Shown one piece after another: positions 17,357 through 24,995 of a stretch of DNA of 64,000 bases. Position 1 is the stretch's first letter; every line of letters begins with the position of its first letter. Below the pieces are notes generated by a model, which was not told where the DNA came from, searched no databases, and saw only the letters and a program-made list of their open reading frames with translations. The translations under genes were made by a program, and so were the position numbers. Origin of the DNA: Dehalococcoidia bacterium (lineage in GTDB: Bacteria > Chloroflexota > Dehalococcoidia > Lucifugimonadales > Lucifugimonadaceae); the NCBI GenBank assembly GCA_965200145.1, contig CBDATG010000002.1, forward strand, positions 891,461 through 955,460, in the 5' to 3' direction.

Positions 17357-19711
17357 TCAGACTCTTTCCAACTTCGCCATGCTTGCCATCAACTGCTTGA
17401 GACCCCCTGCCACGAACGCTACATTCACCACCATATCGCCACCAGTCCGCCGTGCATTCACAACAACCCCCTTGCCGAACGACGCATGCACAACCTTCTC
17501 ACCCGCCTTGAAATCCCACTCCGAAGGTATCGAAGTGGCGTCATCGGACGACCTCACATTATTACTGTGACCTCTCGCCGAACTGTGACCTCTCGCCGAG
17601 CGTTCAGACCTACCAGGACCGAACCGACCTACGCCATCCGATACGTCCCCCGGAGCCGTTGCAACAAGCCGATACACCGGCGCACCGAAACCGTAGTCGA
17701 ATCCATGCGTCGAATCCCGTTCACTGACCTCGTCCAGAAGCTCAGCATCTATCTCGCCAATAAACCTAGACCTGCGGAAGATATTGCCCCACGAGGAAGT
17801 TCTAGCGAAAGAAAGCTGCAACTCACGCTTAGCACGCGTCATCCCAACATACATCAACCTCCGCTCCTCCATGACACCTTGATCATCACCGCGTGCCGTG
17901 AACGACTCCTCCAAAGCCATCTGGTGCGGCAATAGTCCCTCACTCACACCGATGATGAATATCGTGTCGAACTCCAGACCCTTGGCTTGATGCAAAGTAA
18001 TCAGAGACAACGGCCGCTCCTCGCTATCAGACACGGTAAGCCCGTCGACATTCGAGAAAAGCGCAGCATGTTCGAGAAACTCCGATAGACCATCCCGTGG
18101 AGACGACGCCCCATTCGCCGTCCCATAACTCATCGCCACCGTCATCAGCTCATCCAAGTTCTGCCTGCGCTCCAACTGAGTCGTCGGGTCCTTATCCAAG
18201 GACTGCCAGTAGCCGCTAGCCCGCAACGCGAATTCAAGCAACTCCGCCGGCTCAAGTGTCTCCGAGCTGCGAATCATCTGCGTCACGAAGCGTGCAAACT
18301 CCGCCACACGCGTCAACGTCCTGCCTCGGATGCCGATCGACTGCGAAGCCACGGGATCAAGCGTTCTGAGCGCGGCCTCAAGCATCGACACGCGGTGGTT
18401 TAACGCATACTCCTCCAGCTTGTTAACCGTCACCGCACCAATCCCGCGCGGTGGAACATTCACGATCCGACGAAACGAAACCTCATCAGTCGGGTTAACA
18501 ACGATCTTCAGTAACGCCAATGCATCCTTGATCTCGCGCCTATCGTAGAAGCGGATTCCCCCGATCAACCGATACTGAACCCCGCGCTTGTTGCACTCCG
18601 TCTCAATAACCCGGGACTGGGCGTTAGTCCGATAAAGCACGGCCGCATCAGCCATCAGGTCCGATTTAGCTAGCTCCTGATACCTGTCAAGCACCAAGTT
18701 CGCCTCATGGTCCGGAGTGTCAGCGACCACAACTCGGATATCCGAACCTGCTGCGTTTCGCGTGAACAACGTCCGCTCGAAGTTCCGATCATTGTGAGCA
18801 ATCACCGAGTCCGCCGCCGCGATGATCTTCTTCGTCGAACGGTAAGACTCATTCAACTCAAACACGCGCGCACCGCGAAACGCCTTGCGGAACGACTCCA
18901 TGTTCTCAGGACGCGCATTCCGCCATGAGTAGATCGACTGGTCAGGATCACCTACGACGCACACATTCTGATGCAACTCCCCCAGCAACCGCACCAGATG
19001 GAACTGCAACGTGTTCGTGTCTTGGAACTCATCAACCATCAAGTGCAGATAACGACCCTGAAACGACTCCCGCAACTCGGAGTTGGACATCAAAATCCTG
19101 TACGGGATCATAAGCAGGTCATCGAAATCCACCGCATTGCCCGACTTCAATGCGGCCTGATACAGCGCATAAACTTCTGCCATCGCCTCGTATCGACGAT
19201 CCGTGCTCAAAGATGCATACTGGTCCGGGTCAACGTTGTCGATCTTGGCACGCGATATCTCCCTCAAGACCGCGTTTACACCCAAGTCAGATTCGGCATC
19301 CGAAATCAAACGCTTCATCAACTGCACTTGGTCTTCGCGGTCATATATCGAAAACCCAGGACGTAACCCGATCAGGTCGCCGTGACGACGTAGCAGCCTT
19401 GCACCCCAAGAGTGAAACGTGCTAACTTGTGCCCGTTCAACACCAGGCGCAAACCGCGAAACCAACGAATCACAACGCGCAGACAACTCACCCGCCGCCT
19501 TGTTCGTGAACGTAACTCCCAGCGCACGCCATGGCGGAACACCGCTCGCAATGATGTAGGCCATGCGATGCGACATTACACGCGTCTTCCCACTCCCGGG
19601 ACCGGCAACGATGATTAGCGGACCCTCCATATAAGAAGCCGCCGACCGCTGAGCATCCGAGAGACCATCCAATACGCGCCCGGCCTCTGTCTGAGTCGCA
19701 TGTGATTGCAT
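17357..19711 (-). CDS. pcrA: ATP-dependent DNA helicase PcrA/UvrD
   Basis: SF1 motifs GPGSGKTRV, DEFQDTN, VGDPDQSIYSWRNA, TLHQAKGLEFD and VGMTRAK. C-terminal GEKVVHASFGKGVV Tudor-like tail. Confidence 0.9.
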   Translation of the reverse strand: MQSHATQTEAGRVLDGLSDAQRSAASYMEGPLIIVAGPGSGKTRVMSHRMAYIIASGVPPWRALGVTFTNKAAGELSARCDSLVSRFAPGVERAQVSTFHSWGARLLRRHGDLIGLRPGFSIYDREDQVQLMKRLISDAESDLGVNAVLREISRAKIDNVDPDQYASLSTDRRYEAMAEVYALYQAALKSGNAVDFDDLLMIPYRILMSNSELRESFQGRYLHLMVDEFQDTNTLQFHLVRLLGELHQNVCVVGDPDQSIYSWRNARPENMESFRKAFRGARVFELNESYRSTKKIIAAADSVIAHNDRNFERTLFTRNAAGSDIRVVVADTPDHEANLVLDRYQELAKSDLMADAAVLYRTNAQSRVIETECNKRGVQYRLIGGIRFYDRREIKDALALLKIVVNPTDEVSFRRIVNVPPRGIGAVTVNKLEEYALNHRVSMLEAALRTLDPVASQSIGIRGRTLTRVAEFARFVTQMIRSSETLEPAELLEFALRASGYWQSLDKDPTTQLERRQNLDELMTVAMSYGTANGASSPRDGLSEFLEHAALFSNVDGLTVSDSEERPLSLITLHQAKGLEFDTIFIIGVSEGLLPHQMALEESFTARGDDQGVMEERRLMYVGMTRAKRELQLSFARTSSWGNIFRRSRFIGEIDAELLDEVSERDSTHGFDYGFGAPVYRLVATAPGDVSDGVGRFGPGRSERSARGHSSARGHSNNVRSSDDATSIPSEWDFKAGEKVVHASFGKGVVVNARRTGGDMVVNVAFVAGGLKQLMASMAKLERV
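17565..17600. repeat. Perfect 18-bp in-frame tandem duplication inside the pcrA C-terminal linker
   Basis: ctgtgacctctcgccgaa followed by ctgtgacctctcgccgag, encoding the duplicated ARGHS(S/N) segment. Confidence 0.85.
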
Positions 19712-19868
19712 AAAGTCTTAGGTTATTCGGAAGAGCAACGATCAAGCGTACGCCGTGTCACTACATCCAACAACTCGTAACAGATCGCGATGACTAGTCG
19801 GACTGTGATCCCATTGCCGATGATCCGACATCCCAACGCACCACAACGTCGATCGGCCTTAACCGCCT

Positions 19869-20690
19869 TTATCCCCGCGAGACGGCCGCTAACGCCTCAA
19901 AGTGCATGAACGCCGATACCGCATCCGGTTCCGCCTTCCATCGCTGCCACGCGTCTGCAACCTCCCGCAGCTCCGCCGCCGTCGCGATTCCCATCTCCAA
20001 CGCGCCGCGGGCAATGTTCGACTCGAGAACCCGCTCCGACCACTGATTCGCCCACCACTCCTTACCTGCCCCGTCGAAAAACGACCAGGTACTAGTCGTC
20101 ACTCGCACGTCCGACAGACCGTCAACCTCGTTGAACCACCGCAACAAGTGCCGACCAGCACGCGGATTCCCGCCGTTGCCTACCGCGACCGCGTCGTAAA
20201 TACGCCGAAACTCACGCAGACCATCCGTCTCAGGATGCACTGCGAACGTCCCCCAATCAACCTCGCGCACACCTACCAGTGCGCCATCCCGCGCGTGTGC
20301 AACCGCCGCACGCAACGCATCAACAGGGTTCGGCAGATGCTGCAATAACTGGTGGACGTAAACCACATCAAAGTGATCCACAGGAAGGTCAGAAGCGAAC
20401 AGGTCAACGACGCGAAACTCCAGATTCCCAGTCGTACACTCCGCCAATCTCTTGTCCCACTCCGATTGCAATTCGTCGGACACATCCACGCCAAGAACCG
20501 ATCCGCCGGGCGCTACAGACTCCGCTAAGCCGACGGTAATCGTCCCCGGCCCGCAACCTACATCCAACACGCGCATCGGAGACACCAACTTCGGCAAGAT
20601 GAACGCGGCAGCCTCTCCAGCTGTTCGCGCCGCGTGTGCGGCTACCACAGACTTGCCATGACCATGCAAGTAGGAAGGAGCCCGTCCCAT
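19869..20690 (-). CDS. Class I SAM-dependent methyltransferase
   Basis: Motif I VLDVGCGPGTITVGLA and a downstream acidic motif (VVDLF, FDVVYVHQLL). Confidence 0.8.
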   Translation of the reverse strand: MGRAPSYLHGHGKSVVAAHAARTAGEAAAFILPKLVSPMRVLDVGCGPGTITVGLAESVAPGGSVLGVDVSDELQSEWDKRLAECTTGNLEFRVVDLFASDLPVDHFDVVYVHQLLQHLPNPVDALRAAVAHARDGALVGVREVDWGTFAVHPETDGLREFRRIYDAVAVGNGGNPRAGRHLLRWFNEVDGLSDVRVTTSTWSFFDGAGKEWWANQWSERVLESNIARGALEMGIATAAELREVADAWQRWKAEPDAVSAFMHFEALAAVSRG

Positions 20691-20720
20691 GCCTGACCTT
20701 TCCAGAACCGCACCGAGCCG

Positions 20721-21623
20721 TTACTGCGTCGCAGGCGCGGCGGACACATCTACGACCCTCGCCATTACCCCACTCTCGTCCAGCAGGGTTCGCATCCGAG
20801 CCAGCTTCGCAGGATGACTGTAAGACGGTGTTGGCAGACCGTCCAGACTGGCCATGACATCCTCGGTGCTCGCCATAGTTGCGAGCAAAGGAATGCCACG
20901 CGTCCGAGCCTCATAAAAAACGTAGTCAATGGCCTTCGTCCCACCTGTCATCAACACCGCTTGTGTCGTCTCGCTCTGTAACGCGGACAGCTGCACATCC
21001 GGCCGACCCGAACGCACAACCACGCACGTGGACGGCTCCGACTCAAAGTAAGTCGGACCCCAATCGAGCACCAATCCGCCGATTAGGAACGTCTCGATCA
21101 GCGGGTCGCCATTCCCAGTGTCTACCACTGTCTCAACGTTCAAGTGCTCTCCGATGTCCGAAATGCTAGGAGCCGCCAACTCTCGGTCCTCTGCCACGCA
21201 TCCCAAACATCCGATACCAGAAGCATCAATCTCAGCACAAGCATCGCGCAGGTCATATTGCCGATATCGCGGCACCTTGTTCCAAACAACACCCGCCAAC
21301 CTCGTTCCGTACGCCGCCGCCGCACCCACGACATCCTCCCCCAGATTCGCAACAAGTACGACATGAGCATCCAGCTCATCTGCTACTCGCATCACATCTG
21401 CTGAGTCGCCCGAAACCCCTTCGAAAACCCCTACCGAACCACGCGGAACTCTTGGTGCCGCGTCATCCGCGAACTTCACTCGCTCATGTCCATCCAATGC
21501 AACCGCCAGGCTACTGGAAGCAACCACGCGTTTTCCCGCACCGGCTAAGTGTTGCGCCACAGATGAGGCGATGGCGGACTTGCCTACAGTGCTAGAGATG
21601 GATGCAAAGACTATCGCGGGCAT
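20721..21623 (-). CDS. Phosphotransacetylase-N-terminal-like protein (BioD/CobQ-like P-loop plus DRTGG-type domain)
   Basis: N-terminus IVFASISSTVGKSAIASSVAQHLA (P-loop-like). The C-terminal half has VVVRSGRPDVQLSALQSETTQAVLMTGG, resembling the DRTGG domain. Confidence 0.5.
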   Translation of the reverse strand: MPAIVFASISSTVGKSAIASSVAQHLAGAGKRVVASSSLAVALDGHERVKFADDAAPRVPRGSVGVFEGVSGDSADVMRVADELDAHVVLVANLGEDVVGAAAAYGTRLAGVVWNKVPRYRQYDLRDACAEIDASGIGCLGCVAEDRELAAPSISDIGEHLNVETVVDTGNGDPLIETFLIGGLVLDWGPTYFESEPSTCVVVRSGRPDVQLSALQSETTQAVLMTGGTKAIDYVFYEARTRGIPLLATMASTEDVMASLDGLPTPSYSHPAKLARMRTLLDESGVMARVVDVSAAPATQ

Positions 21624-21728
21624 CGTAACCAGTGAACATGGCAGGCTGAAATCGCAAGCGGTTTAGGATTATAGCAGTCGCAACTACACGCAACGATTAG
21701 AATCGTTATCAAGAAGTGGCAACTCCCG

Positions 21729-21804
21729 GCCGAGGTAGCTCAGTTGGTAGAGCAATGGACTGAAAATCCATGTGTCGGCGGTTCGAGTCCGCCCCTCGGC
21801 ACCA
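21729..21804 (+). tRNA. tRNA-Phe (anticodon GAA), CCA encoded
   Basis: GCCGAGG-TA-GCTC-AGTTGGTA-GAGC-A-ATGGA-CTGAAAA-TCCAT-GTGTC-GGCGG-TTCGAGT-CCGCC-CCTCGGC-A-CCA. Full cloverleaf folded by hand. Confidence 0.93.
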
Positions 21805-21882
21805 GGCCCGCAACGCCACTTCATGCATGCTACCCACTCTGCACTTCCGCGGACCGAGACTCTCAACCCCCCGAACTTCGCT

Positions 21883-21967
<85 letters not shown>

Positions 21968-22140
21968 AACTCAACTACGATTCTATCGCACCACGAGAAC
22001 CGACACAGACCGCCAAGCCCTCGCCAAGCCAACTCGGCAACGCGGCGCAACCAAAGATGCCACGAACTGCGCGTCCACCGCAACGAAGACTCTGACACCC
22101 TTGAAATGCAGAGGAACTTCCGTGCTAACCTATCCGCATC

Positions 22141-23004
22141 ATGACACCTGCCAACAACGACGAAACTCAATACGAGAACTCCGAATCCGGCAACAGCGGA
22201 AATGGACCGCGGACACTGCAATTGGACCGCCCAATCGTGTTCCTCGACATACAGACGACCGGACTCGATGCCAGGACAGCCCGGATCGTTGAACTGTCAA
22301 CCCTCAAAATCGATCCAGACGGGAGCGAAGAGTTCAAGCATCAGATGTTCAATCCTCAAACTTCAATATCTCCCGCCGCTACAGACAAGCACGGCATCGG
22401 CGATGAACACATTGCCCACGCTCCAACATTCAGCACGTTCGCAAGAGGCCTGGCGCGATACCTGGAGGGTTGCGACCTAGCAGGTTTCGGCATCAACAGA
22501 TTCGGACTGCCGGTGCTGACCCAAGAGTTCAACATTGCAGGCACACCGTTCGACACGGACGGCATCGCTGTGCTGGACATCATGCAGTTGTATCACCGGC
22601 TGGAACCGCGCAACTTCGAAGCAGCATACCGACGGTACGTTGGCAACACCGATCCCATCATCGAAACTGAACGCGGCCAATCGAAACTCCTCGCCATCCA
22701 CAACATAGTGCGAGGCCAGATCTCAGCGCATCGAGAACTGCCAACCAATCCCGCCGCACTGTCTTCATGGGCAAACGCGGAACACAGAATACCTCCCATT
22801 GACGACGCGGGAAAGTTCGCCTGGTCTGCCGCGGGCGAACCACTCATCAACTTCGGGAAATACCGCGGCCACCGCCTTAACGATGTCTATCTGCACGATG
22901 CCGACTACCTACAATGGGTCGCCGGGAACGAATCGTTCACCCGTGAGCAACGCGATATAGCGGGTAACGCATCGGAAGGAATCATGCCGCAACCAAAGCC
23001 GTGA
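22141..23004 (+). CDS. DnaQ/DEDD-fold exonuclease-like protein with degenerate catalytic motifs and an ExoX-C-terminal-like tail
   Basis: IVFLDIQTTGLDARTARIVEL aligns with Exo I (DxETTG) but has Q in place of E. The Exo II region reads LAGFGINRFGLPVL rather than HNxxFD. The C-terminus FGKYRGHRLNDVYLHDADYLQWV resembles the small domain found after ExoX-type nucleases. Confidence 0.7.
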   Translation: MTPANNDETQYENSESGNSGNGPRTLQLDRPIVFLDIQTTGLDARTARIVELSTLKIDPDGSEEFKHQMFNPQTSISPAATDKHGIGDEHIAHAPTFSTFARGLARYLEGCDLAGFGINRFGLPVLTQEFNIAGTPFDTDGIAVLDIMQLYHRLEPRNFEAAYRRYVGNTDPIIETERGQSKLLAIHNIVRGQISAHRELPTNPAALSSWANAEHRIPPIDDAGKFAWSAAGEPLINFGKYRGHRLNDVYLHDADYLQWVAGNESFTREQRDIAGNASEGIMPQPKP

Positions 23005-23058
23005 AACACAACGGAGTTTCGGGAGCCTGCAGAGAATAGCAACACGACGTTCAGGGGA

Positions 23059-23133
23059 TGGAGCGGAAGACGGGGTTCGAACCCGCGGCCTTCTCCTTGG
23101 CAAGGAGATGCTCTACCACTGAGCTACTTCCGC
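23059..23133 (-). tRNA. tRNA-Gly (anticodon GCC), CCA encoded
   Basis: The reverse complement reads GCGGAAG-TA-GCTC-AGTGGTA-GAGC-A-TCTCC-TTGCCAA-GGAGA-AGGCC-GCGGG-TTCGAAC-CCCGT-CTTCCGC-T-CCA. Confidence 0.92.
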
Positions 23134-23265
23134 ATCGGCATGTCGCGCTATCGCTATTATGCAACGCGAAACCGCAACGCGTCAAACTCCAGATCGCGCA
23201 TCAACAAGCCCAGACGGTATCTGGCTCCAACGCACGCTACACCGAGACTGCACTCGAGAACCCCG

Positions 23266-24276
23266 CTAATCTGCAAGCTTTACAAGCAACTTGCCGAAGT
23301 TCGCACCATTCATCAAGCCAATAAACGCCTTGGGCGCATTCTCAAACCCATCAACGATGTCTTCCTTGTACTTCAACTCACCAGACTTCACCCATGCCGT
23401 CAACCGGGATCGCGCCTCATCGTGGTCCTGCGCGAAGTTGAACACCAAGAAGCCCTCGATCCGAGCCTGCTTCGTGATCAGATTCCAGAGGTTACGCGGA
23501 CCGGTCTGCGCCGACGCTGCGTTATACATCGATATCTGACCGCAAACCAATACCCTACCCCTTAGGGCGAGGTTGTCAATCGCAGCATCCGTAACTGGAC
23601 CGCCTACATTGTCGAAGTAGATGTCGATACCCCCAGGTGCTTCCGCCTCAAGTCGCGATACCACATCCTCCGTCTTGTAGTTGATAGCAGCATCATAGCC
23701 CAACTCGTCCAGTATGTACGTAGCCTTCTCATCGGAACCCACCGTCCCGATGGTCCTGCAACCATTCATCTTCGCCAACTGACCGACTACTCCACCAACA
23801 GCTCCAGAAGCGGCAGACACCAACACTGTGTCACCCGGACGCGGCATGCCAACCTGCAACAGCCCGTGATAAGCCGTCAAACCCGGCATTCCAAGCACTC
23901 CTAGCGATGTTGAAATAGGCGCAGCATCAGGATCGATCTTCCTCGCCGAACCCCCATGCAAGGTGCCGTACTCCTGCCAACCCGTCGAGCAAGCAACGAT
24001 ATCACCCGTCTCTATCCCTGCGTATCGGCTAGCGACCACCCGGCCTACAGCCTCGCCCACCATCAGACCGCCAACCGCAATGTTCGCGGCATATGATGCC
24101 CGATCCCGCATCCGACCGCGCATGTACGGGTCCAAAGACAGATACAGATTACGCACAAGTATCTCGCCATGTTGCGGATCCGTTACGCCCTGCTCAACCA
24201 GCTCGAAATCCTCCGGCACCGGAAATCCTTCTGGACGCGATGCCATCCGCCATTGGCGATTAACCATCTCAGACAT
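23266..24276 (-). CDS. NADP-dependent medium-chain oxidoreductase (YncB/CurA, alkenal/one reductase family)
   Basis: MSEMVNRQWRMASRPEGFPVPEDFELVE is the typical N-terminus of this family, with cofactor motif AASGAVGGVVGQLAK. Start moved to Met 24276, which has GAGGAG 10 nt upstream. Confidence 0.85.
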   Translation of the reverse strand: MSEMVNRQWRMASRPEGFPVPEDFELVEQGVTDPQHGEILVRNLYLSLDPYMRGRMRDRASYAANIAVGGLMVGEAVGRVVASRYAGIETGDIVACSTGWQEYGTLHGGSARKIDPDAAPISTSLGVLGMPGLTAYHGLLQVGMPRPGDTVLVSAASGAVGGVVGQLAKMNGCRTIGTVGSDEKATYILDELGYDAAINYKTEDVVSRLEAEAPGGIDIYFDNVGGPVTDAAIDNLALRGRVLVCGQISMYNAASAQTGPRNLWNLITKQARIEGFLVFNFAQDHDEARSRLTAWVKSGELKYKEDIVDGFENAPKAFIGLMNGANFGKLLVKLAD

Positions 24277-24383
24277 GAGACAACAACTCCTCTGGACTTT
24301 CAAATCCAGTCACTAACCGATAGCGTCACCGGTCAAACAGCAACGCCCGAAACAAACTAGACCACCAAACGAATACCGCCGGG

Positions 24384-24629
24384 TTACTCATCCTCGCCTT
24401 CAACCTTGCTCCGATGCCTGGAGCCGCGGTCAACCCAGACGAACGCAGGTATGGCGATCACCGCAAACACCAGCAACGCCGCAACTCCTGACAACCAACC
24501 CGAATTCGTGTCGAACAACACGTTGTCGAGCCAGCTCTTCAAGCCAGCACCGAGCAACCCCGCGATCGTGACAGCGCCAAGGATGATCAGCCACTCAAGC
24601 AGCTCATTACGTATCCGAAAGAATCTCAT
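24384..24629 (-). CDS. Small hypothetical membrane protein (2 TM)
   Basis: 81-aa ORF with two hydrophobic helices (LIILGAVTIAGLLGAGL and VAALLVFAVIAIPAFVWV). No family recognised. Confidence 0.4.
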   Translation of the reverse strand: MRFFRIRNELLEWLIILGAVTIAGLLGAGLKSWLDNVLFDTNSGWLSGVAALLVFAVIAIPAFVWVDRGSRHRSKVEGEDE

Positions 24630-24846
24630 GCTCCACCAACAACAAAAGGGGTTAAACAGCTGCCTACCAATGTTAACTTGAACAAACCGTTATGAATCCA
24701 TTCCGACCCATGCTAGTCGTTCGCGATCCAGTCACCAGAAGCGACACGTCTGGAAGCCTGTAAACCGCCCAAGCTCCCCGCCCGTGCCAGAGCCATACGC
24801 GAATCTCTACATCTCCGCCACGCGCCGCATCATTGCGTCACCTAAC

Positions 24847-24873
24847 TTGACATCAACCCTTACCTGCTATAGT
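24847..24873 (+). promoter_or_regulatory. Near-consensus sigma70-type promoter with extended -10 for ABC module 1
   Basis: TTGACA (24847-24852), 15-nt spacer, TGcTATAGT (24865-24873). It lies about 120 nt upstream of the binding-protein start. Confidence 0.5.
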
Positions 24874-24995
24874 GTTGATTCCGCAAACTCTCGCGGCAAC
24901 AGCCGGCGGTGTCATAGCGCGAAACACGCGCAACTGATACGCCGATTGGTTACCCGAGAATCACGCTAGACCGTTGAATAATCGGAGAGATGCAA

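Noticed and set aside
21692-21707. 16-bp palindrome AACGATTAGAATCGTT upstream of tRNA-Phe. It overlaps a TAGAAT -10-like hexamer.
   Set aside because: No matching -35 element lies at a proper spacing and the palindrome has no second copy in the window. It may be an operator or chance, and the evidence is insufficient to call it.
24917-24931. GCGCG-AAACA-CGCGC stem-loop in the module 1 leader and a similar GC stem with an A-rich loop at 48519-48541 near the module 3 promoter, considered as a shared regulatory motif.
   Set aside because: The two occur in opposite orientation relative to their genes and are short. They are built from CG repeats that are common in this sequence, and the similarity is too weak to call without statistics.
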